Virus record (IMG/VR): IMGVR_UViG_3300028034_000051
Coordinates: 8,414-72,413 of that record
Direction: 5' to 3' (one strand)
DNA length: 64,000 bases
Source of the DNA: a virus
Part shown: piece by piece, positions 55,330 to 64,000 of the stretch
How positions within the stretch are numbered: the stretch's first letter is position 1
How the letters are laid out: each line of letters starts with the position of its first letter
Program-made: the position numbers and the translations under genes
Notes under the pieces: generated by a model
Seen by the model: the letters and a program-made list of their open reading frames with translations, nothing else
Told to the model about the DNA's origin: nothing
Database searches by the model: none

Positions 55330-56712
55330 TTACAATACAGGAGCAGTACGTTCTTCGGCTTTTTCTGCTTCTATCCTGCTAATTTCATCCTGTATTCTCT
55401 GCTCTGACCAGTCTGGATGGTTATATCTCACTTTTTCCTCTGTACTCATAGCTGAAGCTCTGTCTAATGATTCAGTAGTTTCAGCTTTCTCTTTTGGATC
55501 ATCAGGCAATCCATCACGCCAAGTAATACTTGGCTCTTCTACTTTATAATTCTGACCATTATGCTCATTATCTAGCTTTTGAGCTATGACTAAAGCTTTC
55601 TTGATAGCATGATCATAGTATCTTTTCTTACGTGCTATCTTAGATAATAACCTCATTAACCTAAATTTTAAAGCTCTACCACTCTCAGCAATTCCACCTT
55701 CGCTTAATCCAAAAGCATCTGGAGACGTTTCAGTGACTAAGAACAACATTTTTAGTATGTAGTCTATCTGGTCAAATGCAGCTTTTAGCTTTGCTTCCCA
55801 GACCATATATTCAGGTTTAACTGTTTCATCACTATACGGAAAGTACTTACCTCCAACATCTACATCATCACCGTATTCAGCGGGTCCTCTCATGTTTGGG
55901 TCTGCATGCTTGTCTAGAATCTTTGATATCTGACTAATACGGTTATTACATTCATCCTGCAGCGACTTTATATCTAAGTAATCAGAGTATCCCCAATACT
56001 CTGTATCAGTTCTCCAGTTAGGAACGTGAACTAATAAGAAATCATCAATACCAGTTTCAATTACTTCCTCTAGTCCTTCATCTAACATCTTGATATCAAC
56101 TTGACTACTAATTACATTACCTATCATTCGGTAAGCTTGATTATAAATAGCACCAGGTTCATGAATTTCTAACTGTAAATACTTTTCATTAGCAATTTTT
56201 TTAGTGAATCCGATTATCTTACGATTAACTTTTCTTACATTATTCTTTTCTGTCTCTACAAAAAAGAATTCTGGATTCTGTGGTTCGATAATAACATCTC
56301 TTTCATTAGCATATTTAGATCGTTTAGCATACTTAATTTTAAAGCAGCTATCACCACGATAACTGTTGCCAAGTGCAGACTCATAAAAGTTAGTATATAA
56401 ACTATTGTCTCTTATCATCTCTTCTGTTCTTTCATTGGTAGCATCAGTTTCATTTTTAATCTTAGGGTTTTCGCCAAATAGCATATCAGCACTTACTTTT
56501 GATAGTAATCCGGCAAAGTTACAAACTAAATATGTCATTGCTACTTTATCAGCAGAATCTATATCTTCTATAGACTCTATCTTTCGCTGAACATTTTTGA
56601 AGACATCTACATGATCTCCTTCAAATAATAGCTTATTCTCTTTATACCTTTTGATTCTCTCTTCATCTTTTGTAGATAATGGCCAATGATCTCCTGATTT
56701 CAGTAATCCCAC
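55330..56712 (-). CDS. Portal protein (SPP1 gp6-like)
   Basis: G.SDY, SG.AL, W.DGLP.D, HPDW motifs; follows terL. Confidence 0.88.
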   Translation of the reverse strand: MGLLKSGDHWPLSTKDEERIKRYKENKLLFEGDHVDVFKNVQRKIESIEDIDSADKVAMTYLVCNFAGLLSKVSADMLFGENPKIKNETDATNERTEEMIRDNSLYTNFYESALGNSYRGDSCFKIKYAKRSKYANERDVIIEPQNPEFFFVETEKNNVRKVNRKIIGFTKKIANEKYLQLEIHEPGAIYNQAYRMIGNVISSQVDIKMLDEGLEEVIETGIDDFLLVHVPNWRTDTEYWGYSDYLDIKSLQDECNNRISQISKILDKHADPNMRGPAEYGDDVDVGGKYFPYSDETVKPEYMVWEAKLKAAFDQIDYILKMLFLVTETSPDAFGLSEGGIAESGRALKFRLMRLLSKIARKKRYYDHAIKKALVIAQKLDNEHNGQNYKVEEPSITWRDGLPDDPKEKAETTESLDRASAMSTEEKVRYNHPDWSEQRIQDEISRIEAEKAEERTAPVL

Positions 56713-56724
56713 TTAAACACCTCC

Positions 56725-58155
56725 TTAGAATCCTGTCGGTTTTCTCTTTCTAGGTTTTAGATTAGGTTTATCCATCATTTCTGCTAACATGGTTGTAGCA
56801 TCTGGTGCATCATCATGTACAACTTTACCTAATTTATTATATTTATTTAACTCTTTCATGTATTTATCGTACTCGCTACCTAATTTTATATCTTTTCTAA
56901 AATAAAAGTTTTCTTTAATATATCCAGACTTCATTATGATTCTAGTATGTTTATTGCTTGTACTGGGTTCCCATTTGACTGTTGTTTTGGCTTTTATCAA
57001 TTCTTTAACCTTCATAGCAAAACCTTTACCGCCGTTATTACTTTCAAATCTAGCTTTATCTGGTCTGTATTCATCTATAAATGCAGCTGTCCTAGGTTGT
57101 GTTACTTCTATCGGATCAGTAGTAAATATAACATCTACGATATACACTTTATCACCGTATACATAACCTAGAGGACAACATAATGAGTCATCACCTTCAT
57201 CTGCTATGTCCCCAGCTAGTATAATGCCGTCTGGCTTTTGGTTTAAGTCTTTCATCTCAAAATAGTTGAGTTCTTTACTCGGGAATAAAAGCCCTTTGGC
57301 TTCGACTGGGTCCTGCTGCCATTCTGCTGACCAAATTATATCATCAAGTAATCTTTTTTCTTTCAATAACTTTTTTGTACTATGTATCTCTTCGCAGTAA
57401 GACTTACCGTCTATTAATGCAGGTATGATTATCTTCTTAGCCTTCTTACCGTCAAATTCTCCTTCTTCAATTAATCTACCTGGTATATCACCTTTGCTCC
57501 ATCTAGTAGCTATATGTATTTCAGGACACCCTTTTTCCATTCTTGATTTATGGGTAGAAGTATACCAATTCCACTTCTTATCTAATACTGTTTCACTCAT
57601 AGCTTCTTCGGCATTTTTAATGCTATCATCTAATATAGCAGCTATCGTACAACCTAAACCAATAACAGTACCACCAACACCTGCGCCAAAATAACTAACG
57701 CCATGCTGTGAGGTGGTCAATTTCCAACCTTCTAGCTTTTCAGTAGCAAATTGTATATTAGAAAAGACATCTAAATATCTACCTTTATGTGTGTCACCTC
57801 TCATGATGTCTCTTATGTCAGTAGAAAATTTATTATAAAGTGTTCCTGTTACTGTATTACGCATTATAGATTCTGTAGGATGTCTACCTAACATCCAAGC
57901 ACACCATAGACTAGTAATGTACGATTTACCTGTTCTTGGTGGCATGCCTACATATAAAAGGTTTATTTTGCCTTCTTCTACTTCTTGAAAAGCCTTAGCT
58001 ACTTCTTTTAAAATTGATTCTCTAGTAGTAAAAAAACCATAGTCCATATATAAACAAAACTTCCAGAAGTCATCATAGGCCTCTAGAAGCTTTAGTTCTC
58101 TGTATTCATCATCTAATTCTATTAACTCATAAAAATCTTCTGCCGAGAGGCTCAT
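56725..58155 (-). CDS. terL: Terminase large subunit (headful type)
   Basis: MPPRTGKS, ILDD.IKN, D.ADEG.D, ESNNGG, HDDAPD. Confidence 0.93.
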   Translation of the reverse strand: MSLSAEDFYELIELDDEYRELKLLEAYDDFWKFCLYMDYGFFTTRESILKEVAKAFQEVEEGKINLLYVGMPPRTGKSYITSLWCAWMLGRHPTESIMRNTVTGTLYNKFSTDIRDIMRGDTHKGRYLDVFSNIQFATEKLEGWKLTTSQHGVSYFGAGVGGTVIGLGCTIAAILDDSIKNAEEAMSETVLDKKWNWYTSTHKSRMEKGCPEIHIATRWSKGDIPGRLIEEGEFDGKKAKKIIIPALIDGKSYCEEIHSTKKLLKEKRLLDDIIWSAEWQQDPVEAKGLLFPSKELNYFEMKDLNQKPDGIILAGDIADEGDDSLCCPLGYVYGDKVYIVDVIFTTDPIEVTQPRTAAFIDEYRPDKARFESNNGGKGFAMKVKELIKAKTTVKWEPSTSNKHTRIIMKSGYIKENFYFRKDIKLGSEYDKYMKELNKYNKLGKVVHDDAPDATTMLAEMMDKPNLKPRKRKPTGF

Positions 58156-58817
58156 TAGGTATCACCTAACTTTTTTCTTAACTCCTGACGTCTTTTTTCT
58201 CTTTCCTCTGCTGTCATAGCTGATAGCTCTTTTCCTCCAGATGTGACATCAATATCTTTCTTATCCTTCCATTCCTCTGGCTGACGATTTTTTAACCAGA
58301 ATATTTGAGCAGTTACATCAGGTTTTACTTCTTTAGTTACTACTTTTGTTGTAATTAATTCTTGACCAACTACTTTACCTTCTCCATCATAAACTTTAAC
58401 TCTCTCTTTGGTAACTTCGTTGTATTTGTATCCGTTAGCTCTTTGATATAAACTATCTTTGACTCTGAAATCTGCCTGTTTCTTGGCTCTTTTTAAGGCC
58501 TCCGAAAACTCCGGAAATTTATTCTTCCAATCATATAGTGTGGTTGTACCAATCCCTAACCTTCGTGAAATTTCATAGTCAGTTAATCCTTCTTTAGCCC
58601 AGCTCTTAACCTGATCTAGATTTACATCATCATATTTACTAGGTCTGCCACCTTTATTAGCTTTTTTCTTTTTATCCTTTGGAGGATGTTGCCAACATCT
58701 CCACTCCTCAGGAGCGTCATCGATAGAGAATTCTTTATCTCTAGTACATCTAGTACCATCATTCTTTTCTCCAGGACATCTTAATACTACAGTTTCCTCT
58801 TTACTCACTGGCAACAC
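58155..58817 (-). CDS. terS: Terminase small subunit (HTH type)
   Basis: GGRPSKY, TLY.WK.K.PEFSEALK, PD.TAQIFWLKNR. Confidence 0.88.
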   Translation of the reverse strand: MLPVSKEETVVLRCPGEKNDGTRCTRDKEFSIDDAPEEWRCWQHPPKDKKKKANKGGRPSKYDDVNLDQVKSWAKEGLTDYEISRRLGIGTTTLYDWKNKFPEFSEALKRAKKQADFRVKDSLYQRANGYKYNEVTKERVKVYDGEGKVVGQELITTKVVTKEVKPDVTAQIFWLKNRQPEEWKDKKDIDVTSGGKELSAMTAEEREKRRQELRKKLGDT

Positions 58818-58919
58818 CTCCTTTTTTAAAATTACGCATTATTACCTAGAAATTTTATCCACTAGATGATATAATATGAATTGAGCCCTGCAAGAATAAC
58901 ATACCAGGAGTTGATAAAG

Positions 58920-59039
58920 ATGGCCAAAACTAGAGATGGCAAAAAAGTTGTACCTGTTGAACCATACAAAAGGCGTAAGCCTGGTGGTAAATACAGAGTT
59001 GTTCCTGTAAAAAGGCATAAACGTTCAACGCCTAATTAA
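58920..59039 (+). CDS. Small basic protein (39 aa, not in ORF track) on its own antisense transcript
   Basis: TG-TATAAT at 58867-58875, SD CAGGAG, MAKTRDGKKVVPVEPYKRRKPGGKYRVVPVKRHKRSTPN. Confidence 0.75.
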   Translation: MAKTRDGKKVVPVEPYKRRKPGGKYRVVPVKRHKRSTPN

Positions 59040-59099
59040 GTTTTAGCTTAATGTTCCGCTCCTGAGCTAGTTCAAACTCTCCACAATTGCAGGGTTCGC

Positions 59100-59402
59100 C
59101 TATCCAAAGTTCATGTCATTATCTCGCAATACCTGGAACAAAACTCTTCCGATTTTCTCGACATTATCTTCACTATGTAATTCTTCACTAAAACCAATAT
59201 AATCTAATATACCATGTACTACTTCATGAATTAATACTTCTACTTGTCTCTGTTTATCAATATTATCAGCGATATATATTTTACATTCGAAATTATCTAA
59301 TTTCCCTATACAACCTCCGGCATCCAACTCTTTTCCATCACCTTCGACCAACCTAATCTTATAATCAATTCCACCAATTTTAATTTTCTCAGGTATTTTC
59401 AA
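59100..59402 (-). CDS. HExxH metallopeptidase-like phage protein
   Basis: MKIP.KIKIGG..Y, LIHEVVH, E..V. Confidence 0.75.
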   Translation of the reverse strand: MKIPEKIKIGGIDYKIRLVEGDGKELDAGGCIGKLDNFECKIYIADNIDKQRQVEVLIHEVVHGILDYIGFSEELHSEDNVEKIGRVLFQVLRDNDMNFG

Positions 59403-59429
59403 ATATTTTCAACCCCTTTTAAAGTATAA

Positions 59430-59568
59430 AAGCTCTACCAGGAGTCCGTGCAATTCCCAATAGAGCTTAGTCAGATATTGAAATATTTAATTGCTTTAAT
59501 TTTGAAAACTTCTTATTATATATTATATCACCAGAAGGTGTATAAAAGGTGTATGAAAAGTGTATGAT
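59430..59568 (-). promoter_or_regulatory. Late promoter region B: three 11-bp-spaced repeats, -10 element and leader hairpin
   Basis: GTGTAT at 59538/59549/59560; TG-TATAAT on - strand; hairpin 59430-59468 homologous to 13517-13555. Confidence 0.7.
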
Positions 59569-60030
59569 TTAAGATGCTATTTTCATATGGTCTGCTATGT
59601 AATCAATGATATCTCTCTTCCGCTTTTTTATTGTATCCTCAGCCCAGCCTAATTTTTGAGCAATTTGATTAATCTTATGGTCGTGTTTATAAAATAAAAA
59701 TAATATTTTTCTATGTTCTGAATACTTTGCATTCTTCTTAGCACTATCCATAGCTAATTCTAATTTCTTCTTAGCTAGCTTCAACATTTTATATCTTCTT
59801 CTAGCAGTTGCTCTTGGATTAAAGACAACTCCAATTCCAAATCCACTACTGTAAGAACCGCTTCCTCCAGAGTTAAGAACAATACTCTTATCTGTTGTTT
59901 GAGCTGTTGGGGCTTCCTTGGCTTCTATTCTTTCAGATTCTATTCTGTTGTCGAGTTCTCCAGTTAAGTACCATTCGATCAATATTCCTAACATCTTTCT
60001 AGTCTCTTTGTCTATCTTAACCTGATTCAC
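59569..60030 (-). CDS. Late transcription activator (ArpU/RinA-like)
   Basis: C-terminal HTH (QIAQKLGWAEDTIK.R); position before terminase. Confidence 0.7.
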   Translation of the reverse strand: MNQVKIDKETRKMLGILIEWYLTGELDNRIESERIEAKEAPTAQTTDKSIVLNSGGSGSYSSGFGIGVVFNPRATARRRYKMLKLAKKKLELAMDSAKKNAKYSEHRKILFLFYKHDHKINQIAQKLGWAEDTIKKRKRDIIDYIADHMKIAS

Positions 60031-60114
60031 TTTACCCGCCCCCTAGTTTTTGATATAATTATGTTAATGAGTGATATATTTCTAGGGCGGGCTGAGAGCT
60101 CGTCTTTTTTCTTT

Positions 60115-60396
60115 TTACTTTATTCCTCTATTATTTCTGCTGCTCCAATATGCAAATTGATGTTGATCTAAATATTTTTCATTAACTAATCTTAATAATT
60201 CTTGTTCATCTCCACTCTTTCCACATCTAATACATTCCCACTTACCTTTTTTAATTTCAATTTTAGCAGTTCTTCTATTACACTTAGGACATATGACCAT
60301 CTGTTCTGGATTGTATGGAATGCCTTGTCTTTCACATATTAGTTTAGTAATTTTTAAGCTCACCCCTACCGCGCTCCTTTCCAACCTCCTATTCAT
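60115..60396 (-). CDS. Zinc-ribbon protein
   Basis: CPKC...WECIRCG. Confidence 0.6.
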   Translation of the reverse strand: MNRRLERSAVGVSLKITKLICERQGIPYNPEQMVICPKCNRRTAKIEIKKGKWECIRCGKSGDEQELLRLVNEKYLDQHQFAYWSSRNNRGIK

Positions 60397-61057
60397 TATA
60401 AATTATAGGAACTAAATGGTATTTCTCGCAGAATGCTTTATCTCCAATATTATGAATTTCTTGATGATGTTTTTCATAACAGAGTGGTAACTTTCTTTTC
60501 TTACTATCATCTAAAGTTTTCCTGTTATTGCCCATGCCAATTGTGTCCACATGGTGCGGGTCTCCTGAATACTCTTTACCACAAATGCAGCAGATTTTCT
60601 TTTCTAAGCAAAGTCTTATATAATCTTTGGTGTTTTCAAATGCATCCTTAGGATCATCACTTAACGACACACCATATTCAAAAGCAAATTCGATTAGAAA
60701 TTCTATAAAGTCACTGGCTAGCTCCTTACTGCAGTTTGATAAACTGAACATCTCATACTGATTATCATAACAAAATCGATTCTTCATTTCTTGCTTCATA
60801 GATTCTGTGTCATATCCTAACTCTTGGCCTATATCTCTAAACAGAGCATATATCTTTTTTCTTTGTGAACCAGATATTCGGTTCAATTCTTTTTCTCTTT
60901 CAACTGCATCTATATCAAATGTAACTACTAATGGCATATCCTCAAAATTGTATAAATGCTTAAGGACTTCTCTTTTATTTTCATCATCAACTTCTAAAGT
61001 GATTTTCATTCCTTTTTTAAGAGTTCTAGTTGTATCTATCTCAGCAGGAAACTGCAT
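60389..61057 (-). CDS. Putative HNH nuclease (DUF968-like)
   Basis: QRKKIYA...DI, CCICG, HHVD.IGMG, LC..HH.E.H..G. Confidence 0.85.
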   Translation of the reverse strand: MQFPAEIDTTRTLKKGMKITLEVDDENKREVLKHLYNFEDMPLVVTFDIDAVEREKELNRISGSQRKKIYALFRDIGQELGYDTESMKQEMKNRFCYDNQYEMFSLSNCSKELASDFIEFLIEFAFEYGVSLSDDPKDAFENTKDYIRLCLEKKICCICGKEYSGDPHHVDTIGMGNNRKTLDDSKKRKLPLCYEKHHQEIHNIGDKAFCEKYHLVPIIYNE

Positions 61058-61070
61058 TATTTATCACTCC

Positions 61071-61574
61071 CTAAACTTCAATCTCTTCAAATTCAGTTAT
61101 TGCATAGCACTTTGGTACATTATTAGTTTCTATTTTCCATTTCTCAAAAGTATCACATAACATCTCTTCTAATCTGCTTACATCTTTGCTGTTGATATTT
61201 TCATACCATTTATCTGCTAAATCAATTCCAACTTCACTGCTCAATGATTCCCATGCTCGTTCTAAAATACTATCTACATCAATTGCGCTAAAAACAGGCT
61301 CTTTAGTTTTACCAATATAAAAACGATTTAAACTCCTGTTTTTAGCAACACATTCACCCTCTTTCACTGCATTTTTTTTACTTTCGAATAATTCATAATT
61401 CCAAAATCCATCTTTGTTTAAGTTGAAAGTCCATTTACCAAATTTATCTTCGCTTTTTTTACATGGTGCATATCTAACAGAATTTACTTTTATTCCATCA
61501 CAAAATATATCTTCGTCTTTAATCTCGCTTTTATCACAGTCAGCACAAAACTTTTCTTTCCCTAAGTTACTCAC
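61071..61574 (-). CDS. Hypothetical protein
   Basis: In early operon with SD. Confidence 0.6.
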   Translation of the reverse strand: MSNLGKEKFCADCDKSEIKDEDIFCDGIKVNSVRYAPCKKSEDKFGKWTFNLNKDGFWNYELFESKKNAVKEGECVAKNRSLNRFYIGKTKEPVFSAIDVDSILERAWESLSSEVGIDLADKWYENINSKDVSRLEEMLCDTFEKWKIETNNVPKCYAITEFEEIEV

Positions 61575-61581
61575 TTAATCA

Positions 61582-61809
61582 TCACTCCTTATTTTTTTTG
61601 ATAATATAACAACTATTAGGCTTTCCTGCTTCCCAAAACTCAAAACTAACTTCATTGCCATATTCTATTTTCTCTACTTCGTTCATAAATTTTGTTTTAT
61701 CTTCATCATCTAATTTATAAGGCACTAACTTTAATATTTCTAAACCATTTTCACATATACCAACCAAACAACCGTCAACATTGTCATCTTCTTTTTTAAC
61801 TTCAAACAT
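61582..61809 (-). CDS. Hypothetical protein
   Basis: SD AAGGAGTG. Confidence 0.55.
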   Translation of the reverse strand: MFEVKKEDDNVDGCLVGICENGLEILKLVPYKLDDEDKTKFMNEVEKIEYGNEVSFEFWEAGKPNSCYIIKKNKE

Positions 61810-62022
61810 TAATCATCACTCCTTATATTCGCTTCCTAAGAAAAATCCTGTTAAGAATATTAACAAAGTAAGAACCATCGAAAACCCTAATTTCAAAAGC
61901 ATATTAATCCTCCTTCATTCAATTGATTTCTTCCAGTTATTTCCCGGTTACACCTAAAACACTTCTGTTACACATTAATTAATGTTGGCGATGGCAGATT
62001 GAGGGTCTACCATCGCTCTTTT

Positions 62023-62273
62023 TTATGCTGATTTTTTCATGCTCTCCAGACACTCTTGGCAGATAATCTTATTCTTGAACTCATAGTCTCATCTGCACTT
62101 CCACAGAAAGTACAAGCCGGTTCGTACTTCTTTAAGATCACGTCTTCACCATCTACATAAATCTCTATACTATCCTTAGTCTCGATATTTAACGTCCTTC
62201 TCAATTCAATCGGTAACACAATTCTCCCCAAATTATCAACTTTTCTTACTATTCCTGTCGCTTTCATAATCAT
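62023..62273 (-). pseudogene. abrB: AbrB-family regulator with 1-nt deletion disrupting the C-terminal Zn ribbon
   Basis: Homolog of 16471-16710; EFKNKIICQECLESMKKSA continues in another frame after about 62083. Confidence 0.75.
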
Positions 62274-62281
62274 TCCCCTTT

Positions 62282-62527
62282 CTAATTTTTAATTATAATT
62301 TCTTTCCTACTTAACTGCTTGACCACTTTCTCTCTTTCTTCTTGATCCAGATCTCCAAAAACATCATCAATCACTTTCTCACCAAATGTAGCTGCCATTC
62401 TAGCATATTTAATCTGTTCTTTCGACTGATCATGTTCTTCCCATTCATCTGCTCTCTCACGTAAGTAATCCACAAATGCTACTATTGCAAAGACTTCTTC
62501 TTTCTTACGCTTATTTATATAAGCCAT
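62282..62527 (-). CDS. Hypothetical protein
   Basis: Coupled ORF. Confidence 0.6.
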   Translation of the reverse strand: MAYINKRKKEEVFAIVAFVDYLRERADEWEEHDQSKEQIKYARMAATFGEKVIDDVFGDLDQEEREKVVKQLSRKEIIIKN

Positions 62528-62817
62528 TAAAATGCAACTGCCTGTAACTTGCCTGGAGACTCATTGATCATGTTTCCAGGGTTATTCATCTTAACTTTTG
62601 ATTTACGATTAATTGCTGAAACTTTAACCACTCTACTAGTTCTGATTTCCTGCTGAAAATAACTCTTCCGCATACTTTCTAATCTCTTTGGTGCTGATCC
62701 ATGACTCCTGATTGAATGAGAATGTCCGCAATTCTCACAATATAACCAGTCTATATTATTAAATCTATCTACTAAATAGATCTCTTTCCCACATCTTGGA
62801 CAGTACACTTTCCCCAC
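62527..62817 (-). CDS. Zinc-ribbon protein
   Basis: CPRCG...CENCG. Confidence 0.55.
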   Translation of the reverse strand: MGKVYCPRCGKEIYLVDRFNNIDWLYCENCGHSHSIRSHGSAPKRLESMRKSYFQQEIRTSRVVKVSAINRKSKVKMNNPGNMINESPGKLQAVAF

Positions 62818-63263
62818 TCCTCTCTTCTACTTGCTAGTTTTTGTTGGTGTTGGTCTATAAATTGCTCTATTAACTCTTTTCTAATCTTTTTACTACCTCT
62901 GTCATTTTTCATGACCAAACTTACAAAACAACAAATACAAATATCTATCAATGCTTCCACATCACTTTTCAACCTTGAGGTACAAACTCTGTAAAAACAT
63001 TCTCCAGCTACATCATATATTTCTTTCTCTCTTTGATTTACAATTGAAATTAATCTTTTGATATTAGCAGTCCATTTCTCGTTATACTCAATTTCTAACA
63101 AACCTATCGCTACTTGGGCTAGATCTAAATATTCACTAGCTAACTCTTTCCAATTACTTTCTGATCTTGCTACAACTATTTCACGAAATTCTTCTCTTAA
63201 CTTCTCACGCTGCTCTTCTGCTGTTGTACCTTTTGGATATGCTGGCTTTAATGTGATCATCAT
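62772..63263 (-). CDS. MazG-like protein
   Basis: KLREEFRE...EYLDLAQ; homolog of 17726-18190. Confidence 0.5.
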   Translation of the reverse strand: MMITLKPAYPKGTTAEEQREKLREEFREIVVARSESNWKELASEYLDLAQVAIGLLEIEYNEKWTANIKRLISIVNQREKEIYDVAGECFYRVCTSRLKSDVEALIDICICCFVSLVMKNDRGSKKIRKELIEQFIDQHQQKLASRREEWGKCTVQDVGKRSI

Positions 63264-63583
63264 TCTGCATCACCTTCAGCTTTAGCTATTGCTTGGTTAA
63301 TTAATTTTATCGTTTTGCAACCTGTATCTGGTTCGTCTGGTACTGTTATATAGCCTAATTCTCTACCATTTTTAATAAATCGTTTGACTCTTTTTAATGC
63401 TCCTAATAATTCTGGTGCAGCTGCTATTAATTGAGCATTAGCTTTTTGTTCTTCCTCAGGTAAATGTCCGTTTTGTCCACAACAATAACAATCTGCTACA
63501 ACTAAATTATCTTTCATGACATACATATAAAATTCTTCGTCAACCTTCCACGGACCAGGTGTATGCTTACTCACTCTTCTCAC
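63260..63583 (-). CDS. Phage hypothetical protein (HTPGPW...ANA.LIAAAPELL family)
   Basis: Characteristic motifs of a common phage early protein. Confidence 0.75.
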   Translation of the reverse strand: MRRVSKHTPGPWKVDEEFYMYVMKDNLVVADCYCCGQNGHLPEEEQKANAQLIAAAPELLGALKRVKRFIKNGRELGYITVPDEPDTGCKTIKLINQAIAKAEGDAE

Positions 63584-63589
63584 TCCTTC

Positions 63590-63796
63590 CTAAATCTTCA
63601 TCATACAATCGATAAGCAGTACAAATATCGAGATAACAAAAACTATTACTTTCAGTCGCAAGTAACTAATCTGTTTTACTTTTCTTTGCATAGCTCTATG
63701 TGTCTTCATGATTCGCTCCAGATGCAATAACATAGCTTCATTCCAAAGATCAAAGTAACCACCACAATAGAAGTAACTAATTATCACTTTGTTCAC
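63590..63796 (-). CDS. Small membrane protein
   Basis: SD AGGAGG, C-terminal hydrophobic segment. Confidence 0.45.
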   Translation of the reverse strand: MNKVIISYFYCGGYFDLWNEAMLLHLERIMKTHRAMQRKVKQISYLRLKVIVFVISIFVLLIDCMMKI

Positions 63797-63799
63797 CTC

Positions 63800-64000
63800 C
63801 TAAAACGGAACTTCTATATCTTCTTTGCTTTGTGGTTCACTATTGTTACCTGGTGCCTTATCATTGTAATCTAAGAATTGAATATTATTAGCAACAACTT
63901 CAGCTACTCTTCTACGCTGTCCCTCATCAGTTTCATAACTTCTAACCTGTAATCTTCCTTCTACAGCTACTTGACTTCCTTTTGCCAAATAGTTAGCACA
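63800..64000 (-). CDS. ssb: Single-stranded DNA-binding protein (5' end outside window)
   Basis: KGSQVAVEGRLQ.RSY, EVVA..IQFL, acidic tail ending VPF. Confidence 0.92.
   Translation of the reverse strand, partial: CANYLAKGSQVAVEGRLQVRSYETDEGQRRRVAEVVANNIQFLDYNDKAPGNNSEPQSKEDIEVPF

Larger units (their letters stand above)
32089..64000 (-). mobile_element. Prophage B (SPP1-type portal, lambda-like capsid and tail tip; right part outside window)
   Basis: Morons, lysis, tail, head, terminase and early genes, contiguous from att junction. Confidence 0.95.

Noticed and set aside
61947-61975. GTTACAC direct repeat (also GTTACACCT at about 27418)
   Set aside because: Too short and too few copies to distinguish from chance
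277-63285. Numerous antisense ORFs in the track (e.g. 277-561, 1914-2384, 23083-23718, 30343-30678, 54578-55072)
   Set aside because: Shadows of well-supported genes on the opposite strand, without SD or recognisable motifs

Overview
The window is entirely phage DNA: two different temperate prophages in tandem and in the same orientation (almost all genes on the - strand), joined at 32089-32133 by the 3' half of a tRNA-Val(GAC) flanked on both sides by GGCGACA arm-type repeats. Prophage A (1-32133, truncated on the left) has a tyrosine integrase, an ImmR/ImmA-type switch, RecT/AAA/MBL recombination genes, Rep with 7 iterons, DnaC, its own sigma-70, RecU, an HK97-type cos head with a portal-MuF fusion, and a contractile-type tail. 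Prophage B (32089-64000, truncated on the right) has an SPP1-type portal, a minor capsid protein carrying a toxin plus immunity gene, a lambda-E-type capsid, a siphovirus tail with a lambda M/L/K/J-like tip, and a lysis cassette. Strong Firmicute-type SD and sigmaA signals, acidic proteins and Gram-negative-type tail and lysin suggest a halophilic diderm Firmicute host such as Halanaerobiales (inference). The most striking observation is in the last lysis gene (33608-33979): an in-frame G-GGA-AAG slippery site leads into a -1 frame that adds an amphipathic beta-hairpin ending in YNYRF, a BAM-type beta-signal. This is a candidate frameshift-built spanin bridging inner and outer membranes. Also notable: a radical SAM gene inside the lysis operon, an unannotated 39-aa basic antisense gene enclosed in a long-range RNA fold, and a covarying late-leader hairpin shared by both phages. 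All family calls are by eye from motifs and synteny; no database searches were run.
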